Made by a program: the position numbers and the translations under genes. Source: Polaromonas sp. (GTDB taxonomy: Bacteria > Pseudomonadota > Gammaproteobacteria > Burkholderiales > Burkholderiaceae_C). Taken from it: a stretch of DNA of 64,000 bases. Where the stretch lies: contig NZ_JAQSDN010000049.1 of NCBI RefSeq assembly GCF_029945925.1, positions 97,679-161,678 of the forward strand, in the 5' to 3' direction. The notes under the pieces were generated by a model. That model saw only the letters and a list, made by a program, of their open reading frames with translations. It had not been told where the DNA came from and made no database searches. Shown here in pieces: positions 29,937 through 39,080 of this stretch (position 1 is its first letter; every line of letters starts with the position of its first letter).

Positions 29937-29990
29937 GCGGAAGTCGCGCAGCGCTTCCGCTCAAACGCCCGGCTTTGTCCGGGCGTTGTC
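29937..29990 (+). terminator. Two tandem hairpins after the CBS gene (probable terminator)
   Basis: GCGGAAG-TCGCGCAGCG-CTTCCGC (29937-29960), then ACGCCCGG-CTTTGT-CCGGGCGT (29965-29986) followed by TGTCGT (poor T-tract). Confidence 0.4.
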
Positions 29991-30042
29991 GTATGGGGGA
30001 CAATGGCGGTCTCGCGGTTTTCGCAATTACCTGGTTCGCGCA

Positions 30043-31146
30043 ATGGCTGGCAGCACCCTCGGACTCTTGTTTTCCGTCACCAATTTTGGCGAATCGCATG
30101 GCCCGGCCATCGGCTGTGTGATCGATGGTTGCCCGCCCGGCATGGTCTTGTCCGAGGCCGACATCCAGCCTGAGCTGGACCGCCGCCGTCCTGGCACCTC
30201 CCGCCACGTCACCCAGCGCAACGAGCCCGACGCGGTTGAAATCCTCAGTGGTGTCTACGAAGGCAAGACCACTGGTGCGCCCATAGCCCTGCTGATCCGC
30301 AACACCGACCAGCGCAGCAAGGACTACGGCAACATCCTGCAGACCTTCCGCCCGGGGCATGCCGACTACACCTACTGGCATAAATACGGCCTGCGAGATC
30401 CGCGCGGCGGTGGTCGTTCATCGGCGCGCCTCACTGCGCCCATGGTGGCAGCCGGTGCCGTGGCCAAGAAGTGGTTGCGTGAGCAGTACGGCACCGAATT
30501 CCGCGGTTGCATGACCCAGCTCGGCAACGTGCCCATCGCCTTCGAGGGCTGGGAACACGTGCACCACAACCCCTTCTTCGCAGCCAACACCAGCCAGATC
30601 GAGGCGCTGGAAGACTACATGGACGCCCTGCGCAAGGAGGGCGACTCTTGCGGCGCGCGACTGACGGTCGAAGCCACCAATGTGCCCGTTGGCCTGGGCG
30701 CGCCCTTGTTCGACAAACTGGACGCCGACATCGCCTACGCCATGATGGGCATCAATGCCGTCAAGGGCGTTGAGATCGGCGATGGTTTTGGCGTGGTGGC
30801 CCAGAAGGGCAGCGAGCATGGCGACGAGCTGACGCCGGAAGGCTTTGGCTCCAACCACGCCGGTGGCGTGCTGGGCGGCATCTCGACTGGGCAGGACCTG
30901 CGCGTGTCGATCGCCATCAAGCCGACCAGTTCGATCCGCGTGCCGCGACAGTCCATCGACCTGGATGGCCAGCCCGCCACGGTGGAAACCTTTGGCCGCC
31001 ACGACCCTTGCGTGGGCATCCGCGCCACGCCGATCGCCGAGGCCATGCTGGCCCTGGTCCTGATCGACCATGCCTTGATGCACCGTGCGCAGTGTGGCGA
31101 TGTGGTGGTGAGCACGCCGCAGATCGCGGCGCAGCGGCCTGACTGA
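30043..31146 (+). CDS. aroC: Chorismate synthase
   Basis: [44 protein letters not shown]. Start at ATG 30043. Confidence 0.96.
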   Translation: MAGSTLGLLFSVTNFGESHGPAIGCVIDGCPPGMVLSEADIQPELDRRRPGTSRHVTQRNEPDAVEILSGVYEGKTTGAPIALLIRNTDQRSKDYGNILQTFRPGHADYTYWHKYGLRDPRGGGRSSARLTAPMVAAGAVAKKWLREQYGTEFRGCMTQLGNVPIAFEGWEHVHHNPFFAANTSQIEALEDYMDALRKEGDSCGARLTVEATNVPVGLGAPLFDKLDADIAYAMMGINAVKGVEIGDGFGVVAQKGSEHGDELTPEGFGSNHAGGVLGGISTGQDLRVSIAIKPTSSIRVPRQSIDLDGQPATVETFGRHDPCVGIRATPIAEAMLALVLIDHALMHRAQCGDVVVSTPQIAAQRPD

Positions 31147-31169
31147 CTGACTGACTGGCCGGGCTGTGT

Positions 31170-31577
31170 TCAGTCCGTGATGCCGCGCTCGATCAACTCA
31201 ATCTTGTAGCCATCCGGATCAGTGATGAAGGCGATCACCGTGTTGCCGCCCTTGACCGGGCCGGGTTCACGCGTGATGGCGCCGCCCAGGGCCACGGCCT
31301 TGTCGCGCACCGCCTGGCAGGTGGCCACGATGTCATCGACACCGATGGCGATGTGGCCATAAGCCGTGCCAAGCTCGTACTTGTCGATGCCGTAGTTGTA
31401 GGTCAGCTCCAACTCCGCCTGCCCCGGGTTGCCGCCGCCAAAAGCGAGGAAAGACAAGCTGTATTGCTGCTCGGGCCGATCGGTGGTGCGCAGCAGGGTC
31501 ATGCCCAGCACCTGGGTGTAAAAATCAATTGAGCGTTGCAGGTTGGTGACCCGCAGCATGGTGTGCAGAAAGCGCAT
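31170..31577 (-). CDS. gloA: Lactoylglutathione lyase (glyoxalase I)
   Basis: [26 protein letters not shown] ... [13 protein letters not shown] ... [11 protein letters not shown]. Confidence 0.93.
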   Translation of the reverse strand: MRFLHTMLRVTNLQRSIDFYTQVLGMTLLRTTDRPEQQYSLSFLAFGGGNPGQAELELTYNYGIDKYELGTAYGHIAIGVDDIVATCQAVRDKAVALGGAITREPGPVKGGNTVIAFITDPDGYKIELIERGITD

Positions 31578-31580
31578 TTT

Positions 31581-33404
31581 TCAATCTCCGGCAGGTTGTT
31601 CGGTGGGCAGCAGTTCGGCGTCCATCCAGCCGCGAACGCTGTTGATCAAGGCCAGGCCCTGGGCTTGGCGCAGTTCATCGAAGGTGATGCTGCGTTCGCG
31701 CAAACGGCCTTCTGCCAACAGCGTTTCGCGCATCACGCCGGGCAGCAGTCCGGCAGACAAGGGCGGCGTGAACCACCCACCCGCCAGCTTCACGGCCAGG
31801 TTGCCGATGGTGAATTCGGTGACCTCGCCTTGGGCGTTCCACAGCAGGGTGTCGAAGCAGCCGGGTGGCGGGTGGAAGGGCGCGTAGGCGCTGCGCTGGG
31901 TGGTCTTGTGGGCGATGAACTCGTCGGCCAAAGGCATGGCTTGAACCGCCAAGGCCACCCGGATGGGCAACTGGCTGGCCGCCAGGGGGCTGGATTCGCA
32001 GGTCGCCTGGCCCTGGGCGTCTAGTAGCAAGCGGACCTTGTGAATGCCCTGGGGGTGCGCCTTGGTATGTCGCGTCAAGGTGCCACGGACCCCTGCCACG
32101 TCCAAGGGAAAACCGAAATGCCTGGCCGTGCGCGTCAGGCGCTGAAGGTGGCCTTCCAGCCTGGGGATGCACCCCTCTTCCAGCCGCAGTGATTCCAGCA
32201 GTTCAAAAGGTTGGGCGGCTCGCTTCAAGAAGGCCTGCTTGTGCCGCCATTCACTGGCCTCGGCCTCGGCCGTGGCATCCAGGGTGATGCCGCTGCCGAT
32301 GCCGCAATGGGCATCCCAGCCTGGCTGCGATCCAGGCCGCAGCACGACGGTGCGGATGGGCACGTTGAAGGTCACTTCACCCCCAGGTGTCATCAGCCCC
32401 ACAGCGCCGCAGTACACGCCGCGAGGCGAGCCTTCCAGCGCAGCAATGTGGTGCATGGCGCGCCGCTTGGGCGCCCCGGTGATCGAGCCACAGGGGAACA
32501 GCGCGGCGAATACATCGGACAGCCGCAAGCCTTCGCGCGTGCGTGCCTGCACGGTGGATGTCATCTGCCACACGGTGGGCAAAGCCTGCACGTCAAACAG
32601 CGAGGGCACCTGCACCGAGCCCACCTGCGCGATGCGCGACAGGTCGTTGCGCAGCAGGTCCACGATCATCAGGTTCTCTGCGCGCTCCTTGTCGCTGGTT
32701 TGCAGGTGCCGGGCGGCGGCGGCGTCTTCATCCGGCGTGCTGCCACGCGCCGCCGTGCCCTTCATGGGGCGCGTGATGATCTGGTCGCCCTGCCAATGGA
32801 AGAACAGCTCGGGCGAAACGCTCAGTACATGGCTGAGGCCTGTGGCGGAGGGTTGCTCGGCGGTGTCCAGGTAGACCGCGTAGCCATCGGGCTGGCTGCG
32901 GTGCAGGGCATGGAAGTACTGGAGCGCGGTCTCCGGCGCCTTCGGCTCAAGTTGGCTGCGCAGCGGCGTGGTCAGGTTGATCTGGTAGACCTCGCCCGCC
33001 CGGATCAATTCATGGATGGCTTCGATCTGTGCCGTGAAGGCGTGAGGGCTCAAGCTGGATTGCCAGGGCGTGGTTTGCCAGGCGCCCCGGTGAGTCGCGG
33101 TGGGCCAAGGCAAGGCCTGGTCGAACACGGCGAACATGGCCAGTGCTTGACCGGGCTCGGGCTGGCAAACGGGCAGATGGTCGTCAAAGGCGGGGGCCGC
33201 TTCATAGGCCACCCATCCCACGCACCAGCGCCCTTGTCGGGCGTGCTCGTGGGCCGCATCGATGACGCTGCGCACCTCCGCAAGTTCAGTGGCCACCAGC
33301 CATGTCACGGCTGGGCCGAACGCGTGCTTTTGGCGGCCGCCCTGTGCCGCGGGAAAGTCCAGCAAGGCCACTGGGGGTGGCGAAGGCACCGCACTGATGC
33401 TCAT
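31581..33404 (-). CDS. pabB: Fused aminodeoxychorismate synthase component I / aminodeoxychorismate lyase-like (PabB-PabC)
   Basis: Chorismate-binding motifs PELFFHWQGDQIITRPMKGTAARG, GSITGAPKRRAMHHIAALEG and RGVYCGAVG. A ~200-aa class-IV-aminotransferase-like C-terminus follows (LLWNAQGEVTEFTIGNLAVKLAGGWFTPPLSAGLLPGVMRE). Start at ATG 33404; the ORF-track start at 33509 overlaps dsbB. Confidence 0.85.
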   Translation of the reverse strand: MSISAVPSPPPVALLDFPAAQGGRQKHAFGPAVTWLVATELAEVRSVIDAAHEHARQGRWCVGWVAYEAAPAFDDHLPVCQPEPGQALAMFAVFDQALPWPTATHRGAWQTTPWQSSLSPHAFTAQIEAIHELIRAGEVYQINLTTPLRSQLEPKAPETALQYFHALHRSQPDGYAVYLDTAEQPSATGLSHVLSVSPELFFHWQGDQIITRPMKGTAARGSTPDEDAAAARHLQTSDKERAENLMIVDLLRNDLSRIAQVGSVQVPSLFDVQALPTVWQMTSTVQARTREGLRLSDVFAALFPCGSITGAPKRRAMHHIAALEGSPRGVYCGAVGLMTPGGEVTFNVPIRTVVLRPGSQPGWDAHCGIGSGITLDATAEAEASEWRHKQAFLKRAAQPFELLESLRLEEGCIPRLEGHLQRLTRTARHFGFPLDVAGVRGTLTRHTKAHPQGIHKVRLLLDAQGQATCESSPLAASQLPIRVALAVQAMPLADEFIAHKTTQRSAYAPFHPPPGCFDTLLWNAQGEVTEFTIGNLAVKLAGGWFTPPLSAGLLPGVMRETLLAEGRLRERSITFDELRQAQGLALINSVRGWMDAELLPTEQPAGD

Positions 33405-33423
33405 GGCAGCGAGCGAAATCGCT

Positions 33424-33924
33424 TCAGCCGCGTGCGCGCAGGGCACACCACAGGCCTGCCAGGCCCAGCACCACGAACAGCGCCAGGCTCCAGAATTCGA
33501 AAGGCACACCGATCAGCTTGGCGGCGGCATCGGCGCATGATGCGCGCACCTCGAAGGCCGCTGGCAGCGTGGTGTCCAGGTGCAGGCTGGAGACGATGCG
33601 ATCTGCCAAAGTCAGGTTGCAGGACGAAGTCTTGGCCGCCACGAAGTGCTGGTACCAAGCCGAGGCCGCACCTGACGCCGCGGCAAGCACGATCAGCACC
33701 GATGTCAGCAGCGTAACCACCCGGCCACCGATCAGGGCACCCAGCCCCGCCAGGATCGCGATCAGCAGGAACTGCACGCGCTGCAGGATGCACCAAGGGC
33801 AAGGCTGCATGTCCAGTTGGTACTGGGCCAAAAGGGCAAAACCCACAGAGGCCACGCAGGCCAGAGCGATCAGCGCCAGCACAGGGCGACCAGATGGGGC
33901 GGGGCGGAGGTTGAGTGAACGCAT
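33424..33924 (-). CDS. dsbB: Disulfide bond formation protein B
   Basis: Four TM helices, a CPWC redox pair in the first periplasmic loop, and a second Cys pair (SSCN...ASCADAA). Confidence 0.85.
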   Translation of the reverse strand: MRSLNLRPAPSGRPVLALIALACVASVGFALLAQYQLDMQPCPWCILQRVQFLLIAILAGLGALIGGRVVTLLTSVLIVLAAASGAASAWYQHFVAAKTSSCNLTLADRIVSSLHLDTTLPAAFEVRASCADAAAKLIGVPFEFWSLALFVVLGLAGLWCALRARG

Positions 33925-33927
33925 GGA

Positions 33928-34383
33928 TCAGACAATTTCAGCGATGAGTTCGATTTCGACGCAGGCACCCAGCGGGATCTGCGCCACGCCAAAAGCGCTG
34001 CGCGCATGCCGGCCGGGTTCGCCAAACACCTGGGCGATCAGCTCGGAGCAGCCATTGGTGACCAGGTGGTGCTCGGTGAAATCAGGGGTGCTGTTGACCA
34101 GGCTCATCACCTTGACGATGCGCACCACCTTGTCCAGGCCGCCAGCGGCCACCTGCAGAGTGCCCATCAGGTCGATGGCCACGGCGCGCGCGGCTTGCTG
34201 GCCTTCGGCGGTGGTCATGGTCTTGCCCAACTGGCCGACCCACACGTGCCCATCTTTTTTGGCGATGTGGCCCGACAAAAACACCAGGTTGCCCGTGCGC
34301 ATGAAGGGCAGGTAAGAGGCGGCGGGCACGGTCACTGGGGGCAGCGTGATGCCCAGGGTGTCGAGGCGGTCTTGGATGGACAT
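33928..34383 (-). CDS. RidA/YjgF-family reactive-intermediate deaminase-like protein
   Basis: YjgF pattern: LVNSTPDFTEHHLVTNGCSELIAQVFGEPGRHARSAFGVAQIPLGACVEIELIAEI. Stop lies 3 nt before the dsbB start. Confidence 0.85.
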   Translation of the reverse strand: MSIQDRLDTLGITLPPVTVPAASYLPFMRTGNLVFLSGHIAKKDGHVWVGQLGKTMTTAEGQQAARAVAIDLMGTLQVAAGGLDKVVRIVKVMSLVNSTPDFTEHHLVTNGCSELIAQVFGEPGRHARSAFGVAQIPLGACVEIELIAEIV

Positions 34384-34476
34384 GGTGGCAACAAATCTAG
34401 GAGGTAGGACGGCCCGCCGACAGTGGTCAAAAGCAGCAGGTCAAAGCTTGGCCACGATCCTACACCGCCACCCGTG

Positions 34477-36276
34477 TCATGCCGCGGTGAAGGCCCATTG
34501 GCCACCCTGGTTCAGGACCAGTCGGTGAGAGTGAAAACCGTCGAGCGTGCTGCGGTGTCCCACGCTCACCAACATGCATTGCGGCAGCTCTTTTCGCAGC
34601 AAGGTGTACAGGGCGTGCTCCAGCCCTTCGTCGGTGGCCGAGGTGGCTTCATCGAGGAAGGCGATGCGGGGCTGGTTCAACAGCACGCGCGCAAAGGCCA
34701 GCCGTTGCTGCTCGCCCAGCGACAGGATGCCCGACCAGTCGGCCGGCTCGTCCAGGTGAGTCTGCAAATGGCCCAGTTGCACCTTGATCAAAGCGTCGTG
34801 GATCAAGGCGTCGTCCAGCACCAGGGCCGGGTAGATCAGCGCGCTGCGCAAATTGCCCAGGGGAAGGTAAGGTCGTTGCGACAAAAAGAGGGCGTGTGGG
34901 CCCACGGGTCGGTCGACGGCCCCCTGGGCATGGGGCCAAAGCCCCGCCAGCGTGCGCAGCAAGGTGGTTTTGCCACTTCCTGACGCACCTTTGATCAGCA
35001 TGCTTTGGCCCGGCTGCAAGGTGAGGCTCAAGCCTTGCACCAAGGGATGGCCATCGGGCCGTGACACGCCCACGCCAGCGATCACCAAAGCGTCATCACG
35101 GCCGTTGATCTGTATGCTGGGCAGGTCGCGCGCCTGCTGATTGGCGTCCATGAACCCGGTCAAGCGATCCAGGGCCGCACGGTACTGCGCGAACTCGTCG
35201 TACGACATGCGAAAGAAGGACAACGCATCCTGCACCTGGCCAAAGGCCTGCGAGGTTTGCATGACGTCACCCAGCTTGATGGCACCGCTGAAGAAGCGCG
35301 GTGCCTGCAAGATGAAGGGGAACACCACGGCCAACTGGTTGGCGGCAAGGTTGAACCCATCGAACTTCAAGCCCCGGAACAGCAGTGCCCACACATTGGC
35401 GATGACGGCCGCGAAACGGTTCATCAAGGTGGCGCGTTCTACGCGCTCACCTTGGTAAAAAGCAATGTTCTCGGCGTTCTCGCGCAGGCGCATGAGGGCG
35501 TAGCGGAAATTGGCGCTCAATCGTTCGTTCAGGAAGTTCAGGCTGATCAGCGGACGACCCAGCTTGAAGGCGACCACGGTGACCACGAGCACATAGACGT
35601 ACACCAGGAACACCATGGCGCGCGGCACCTCCACCCCCATGATGGCCAAGGCGCCCGACAACCCCCACAACATGCCCGTGAAGGCCACCAGCGAGACGAC
35701 GGCATCGGCTGTGCCAATCGACAGCTTGCGAGACGAAGACACGAAGGTGGCGATGTCCTGTTGGATGCGCTGGTCGGGGTTGTCCACCGGCTCGTTCAGG
35801 AAGTGGCCTCGGTAGTAGGCGTCGCCCTCCAGCCAGTCCTTGGTGAGCCGTTCGTTCAACCAGGTGCGCCAGTCGATGTCGAAGACCTGGCTGATGTAGG
35901 CAGTGAGCAGCACCCTGAGCACATGCACGGCGGCCAGGATGCTGAAGATGCCCAGGAAGAACCAGAAGGCCTTTTGGTCCAGGGCCTGCAGGGCGCTGTA
36001 AAAGCCGTTGTACCAAAGCGAGAACAGCACGTTCATGCGCACCGAGAACATGGCCAGGAACAGGATCAGGGCCACGGTGAGCAGTGGTTTCCAGCTGCGC
36101 TTGGGCGTCAGGTAGGGCCAGCCCAGGCGCAAAAACTGGCGCCCCCAACGGGTGCTGCGCGTGACGAAAAACCCCACGGCCACGAACCCCACACTCGTGA
36201 GTGCGAATGCCTGGGCCAACCACACCAGGCTGGCAACCAGCTCTTGACTCCAATCCAATTCGGTCTCCTTGAGCAC
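34477..36276 (-). CDS. ABC transporter, fused permease (SbmA/BacA-like) and ATPase (YddA type)
   Basis: Walker A GASGSGKTTLLR, signature LSLGEQQRLAFAR, Walker B IAFLDEATSATD; N-terminal multi-TM domain; GTG start at 36276. Confidence 0.88.
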   Translation of the reverse strand: MLKETELDWSQELVASLVWLAQAFALTSVGFVAVGFFVTRSTRWGRQFLRLGWPYLTPKRSWKPLLTVALILFLAMFSVRMNVLFSLWYNGFYSALQALDQKAFWFFLGIFSILAAVHVLRVLLTAYISQVFDIDWRTWLNERLTKDWLEGDAYYRGHFLNEPVDNPDQRIQQDIATFVSSSRKLSIGTADAVVSLVAFTGMLWGLSGALAIMGVEVPRAMVFLVYVYVLVVTVVAFKLGRPLISLNFLNERLSANFRYALMRLRENAENIAFYQGERVERATLMNRFAAVIANVWALLFRGLKFDGFNLAANQLAVVFPFILQAPRFFSGAIKLGDVMQTSQAFGQVQDALSFFRMSYDEFAQYRAALDRLTGFMDANQQARDLPSIQINGRDDALVIAGVGVSRPDGHPLVQGLSLTLQPGQSMLIKGASGSGKTTLLRTLAGLWPHAQGAVDRPVGPHALFLSQRPYLPLGNLRSALIYPALVLDDALIHDALIKVQLGHLQTHLDEPADWSGILSLGEQQRLAFARVLLNQPRIAFLDEATSATDEGLEHALYTLLRKELPQCMLVSVGHRSTLDGFHSHRLVLNQGGQWAFTAA

Positions 36277-36394
36277 GCTGTGCAGGGGATTGTGCGTGAA
36301 GCCCCAGCGCGGGTAGATTCTTGGCCGGATGGCGCGCCTTCAGGCTAGACTGAAGGCGACCAGCACTGCGAGAGTGCTCACACGAAGTATCACC

Positions 36395-36589
36395 ATGAAT
36401 GATGATGACGACCGTGACGCCTGGATTGACCGCTGCTCAGCCGAGTTGCGGGCCTTCCGACCCAGTCTGAGCCCTGACGAGGCCGAGCAACTCGCCGCCG
36501 ACATCTGGTGCGATTCCCCCAGCCTGGGCCCCGAAGACGCCGCCGAGCGCGAAGTGGCCAGTTGGCGAAGCCTGGGCATCAGGGACTGA
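36395..36589 (+). CDS. Small acidic hypothetical protein (64 aa)
   Basis: ATG 36395 (MNDDDDRDAWIDRCSAELRAF...). GC3-rich codon pattern similar to neighbouring genes. No recognisable family. Two hairpins lie in its leader (36336-36357 and 36362-36378). Confidence 0.4.
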   Translation: MNDDDDRDAWIDRCSAELRAFRPSLSPDEAEQLAADIWCDSPSLGPEDAAEREVASWRSLGIRD

Positions 36590-36696
36590 CCGAGCCCCCT
36601 AACTTGGCATCGCCCACTCGCTCTTTGTGGGGGTTTCAAGTGGGAGGCCTCTGGCTACGATTCCTGCATCACACAAGACGTGTGCAGGAGAGTGCG

Positions 36697-37044
36697 ATGA
36701 GGATCAGTTTCAACCCGATGACAGCGATGGGCATGTTTGCCTTCATGGACGGACTGGGCCGTGCCCTTTTCAAACCGAGTGCACCGGCTGAGCCCAGGTC
36801 CCCAGATCCAGGTCCGTTTTACTGGAAGGTGATGTTCATCGATCAGAACGGCGTTCTGCAGAAGTCCACCGTGCGCGTCATCACGCTGCACTCCGACCTG
36901 CGGCGCCTGACCGTGTGGTGCGATGCCCTGGGCCGGGAATGCGTCTTGAAAATCAGCAAGATCGTGGAGGCCAGCGATCTGCAAAGCGGGCGCAAAGTCA
37001 ATTTGCACCGCTGGTTGGTCGGCCAGCAAACTCCGTCGGTTTGA
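36697..37044 (+). CDS. Hypothetical protein (115 aa) with WYL-like C-terminal beta region
   Basis: ATG 36697 is preceded by GCAGGAGAG. The C-terminal pattern YWKVMFIDQNGVLQKSTVRVITLHSDLRRLTVWCDALGRECVLKISKIVEA resembles the WYL/SH3-beta sensor fold by eye only. Confidence 0.5.
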   Translation: MRISFNPMTAMGMFAFMDGLGRALFKPSAPAEPRSPDPGPFYWKVMFIDQNGVLQKSTVRVITLHSDLRRLTVWCDALGRECVLKISKIVEASDLQSGRKVNLHRWLVGQQTPSV

Positions 37045-37190
37045 GTTAACGGGGTCCGAAAAACAACGTGGCATCCCCCCGGTTCGAGGTGGTTTTCGGT
37101 CATCCACACACTGTTACCTAGGGTTTACATCCATAACGGCCCGTATTCAGCTAGGATTGCTGCATCGCAACAATTTTTTTGGGGTGAATC

Positions 37191-37442
37191 ATGACGCAAC
37201 ACACATTGAAATACGAATCTGATGCCAGCCGCAAAGGCCTGGGCTACGAAAAGCTGGGCGTGATCGCCGGTTTCCTGGTCGGTTTACCCGTGGGTGTCGG
37301 TTTGATCCATGCCCCTTTGGCGGAACTTGGCGCGCCTCAGTGGTTGAGCATCATTGCCACGGTGGCCGTCGTGGCGGTTTGCACGGCACTTGGCCTGCGC
37401 GGCGGTGCAGCATTGGCCAAACGGGCTACGCACGATGCGTGA
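37191..37442 (+). CDS. Small membrane protein (83 aa, two predicted TM helices)
   Basis: ATG 37191 is preceded by GGGGTGA. Hydrophobic stretches LGVIAGFLVGLPVGVGLI and WLSIIATVAVVAVCTALGL. The 3' end overlaps the convergent methyltransferase gene by 17 nt. Confidence 0.5.
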   Translation: MTQHTLKYESDASRKGLGYEKLGVIAGFLVGLPVGVGLIHAPLAELGAPQWLSIIATVAVVAVCTALGLRGGAALAKRATHDA

Positions 37443-38649
37443 GTTTTGCCGAAGAGGCTGAGGGCAACATCCCCTCAGCCTTCAGCAGGCTTTCCAGGCA
37501 ATGTTCCTGTATTTGATAGAAGTTTTTGATGTCTTGAATTTGCGTCAACGTTTCAGCCGCCTTGTCTGGTGCGCCTGAAGCCCGTTTGGTCGCCAGGATC
37601 ATCTTGTTCTTGTTGGTGTGCTCCAGCGAGACAAATTCAAAGACCTGCGTGTCGTAGCCGCAGGCTTCCAGCAGCAGCGCCCGCAGGCCATCGGTCAGCA
37701 TCTCCGCCTCCTGGCCCAGGTGCACGCCGTGTTGCAAGATGGGGCGCAGCGGATGAGGGCTCAGCAACTGGGGCCGGATCTGCTTGTGGCAGCAGGGCGA
37801 GCACATGATGATGTCAGCTCCGGTGCGGATGCCCATGTGAATGGCGTAATCGGTGGCGATGTCGCAAGCGTGCAGCGCGATCATCACGTTCACTGTGCCA
37901 GCCTGGTAGTTGCGCACATCGCCATGGTCAAAGCGCAGGCCCTTCAGGCCCAACTTGCTCGCGGCAGTGTTGCCCAACTCGACCATGTCCTCTTTCAAAT
38001 CAACCCCTGTCACCTGCGCGGTCAGGGCCAGGCTGGTTTGCAGGTAGTCGTGGATGGCGAACGTGAGGTAACCCTTGCCCGACCCAAAATCCACCACGTG
38101 GATGTTCTGGGCCTGGGCCAGTTGTGATGAGGCCAGGGCGCGGCTGAACACCTCAATGAATTTGTTGATCTGCTTCCACTTGCGCGACATGGCCGGGATC
38201 AAGGCCTGTTTGGCGTCGGTCACACCCAAGGCGGTCAGGAAAGGGCGGTCCAGCGCCAGCAGGCGTTCTTTCTGGCGGTTGTGTTCCTGACTGGTGGGTT
38301 CGTGCTGCTCGCTCTTGCCAAAGCGCAGCGTGGCCTTGCCCTTCTTGCTGATGGCCAACTGGATTTCTTCGGTCGGGGTCAGCAGGTGGGCATTCCTGAA
38401 GTCCTGGCCTACCATGGTTTGGAGTGCGGCCAGTCCTTCGGCCACGGGCAGGTTCTTGATGATGTCCTTGGTTTGGTGCCGGTGGACGAAAGACAGGCAG
38501 GCTTGCCCCTTGATGGTGACTGGCCGCACCTGCACACGGACCAGGTCGGCGACCGGGCCGACGTAATTGCCCAGCACCAGCTTGACCAGGGTCTGCTGAT
38601 TGAGGTGTTCATGCACCAGGCTGAAAAATTGATCGTGCGGGGTGGGCAT
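37426..38649 (-). CDS. Class I SAM-dependent methyltransferase with N-terminal extension
   Basis: SAM-binding motif I HVVDFGSGKGYLTFAI, acidic motif II TGVDLKEDMV, and ALHACDIATD. ATG 38649 (MPTPHDQFF...) is preferred. TTG 38709 or ATG 38700 are possible but would abut the upstream terminator. Confidence 0.82.
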   Translation of the reverse strand: MPTPHDQFFSLVHEHLNQQTLVKLVLGNYVGPVADLVRVQVRPVTIKGQACLSFVHRHQTKDIIKNLPVAEGLAALQTMVGQDFRNAHLLTPTEEIQLAISKKGKATLRFGKSEQHEPTSQEHNRQKERLLALDRPFLTALGVTDAKQALIPAMSRKWKQINKFIEVFSRALASSQLAQAQNIHVVDFGSGKGYLTFAIHDYLQTSLALTAQVTGVDLKEDMVELGNTAASKLGLKGLRFDHGDVRNYQAGTVNVMIALHACDIATDYAIHMGIRTGADIIMCSPCCHKQIRPQLLSPHPLRPILQHGVHLGQEAEMLTDGLRALLLEACGYDTQVFEFVSLEHTNKNKMILATKRASGAPDKAAETLTQIQDIKNFYQIQEHCLESLLKAEGMLPSASSAKLTHRA

Positions 38650-38712
38650 GCGGGGCGCCTTTGTCTGGAAATGGGGCAAGGCTGGGATTGTCGAGGGCAT
38701 TTTCCCCAAAGC

Positions 38713-38743
38713 AAAAGCCCGGCCGTTTTAAAAACGCCGGGCT
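38713..38743 (-). terminator. Strong intrinsic terminator (minus strand) immediately upstream of the methyltransferase CDS
   Basis: Minus-strand read: AGCCCGGCGUUUU-U-AAAACGGCCGGGCU followed by UUUUGCUUU. The plus-strand read has no T-tract after the stem, so it functions only on the minus strand. Confidence 0.75.
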
Positions 38744-39080
38744 CCTGGGTCGACGACCACGATCGGGTCGACTTACCGGCCGGGGTGGGTCCTGGCCGAT
38801 CATGCCCCCAGACGATCAGGGGAGCCGTCTCACCGACGGCGTGATGCTGGCAGATCCACCCTGCCAGCTTGCAATAACGCAAGCGCTGCACCCGTTCAAG
38901 CCACCGTTACCCGGTGTGCCTTGCGGTTGATGGAGATCCCATCGTTCACCGCCATTGCAGTGTGAATCAAGTGCGCCTGTGGGCGCAAGAGGCCACAGGC
39001 ACGTCGCTGGCTTGGACGTGAAAAGCTGCGCGACTTTTCCCGCCGGTAACGGGATGTAAGGCAGACTCGGGTGATTGGGC
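38713..39080 (-). ncRNA. Unassigned hairpin-dense non-coding region: candidate structured ncRNA or long regulatory 5' leader
   Basis: There is no credible ORF. At least eight perfect 5-10-bp helices are present, including a long-range pairing (39043-39052 with 38904-38914). It ends at the terminator above. The 5' end is undefined. Strand is inferred only from the terminator U-tract. Confidence 0.4.

Noticed and set aside
33405-33509. Upstream extensions of the ORF-track entries for pabB (33405-33509), rpsO (4781-5152), tpiA (8501-8812), nuoB, nuoH, nuoN, the NUDIX gene, aroC and USP.
   Set aside because: Each extension overlaps the preceding gene, lacks homology-like sequence, and an internal ATG with a better context begins the recognisable protein.
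37055-37110. GGTTCGAGG T-loop-like sequence suggesting a tRNA fragment or att site.
   Set aside because: There are no flanking complementary T-stem or acceptor strands, and no duplicate of the tRNA-Leu 3' end. It is more simply part of an imperfect hairpin (CCGAAAAAC...GGTTTTCGG).
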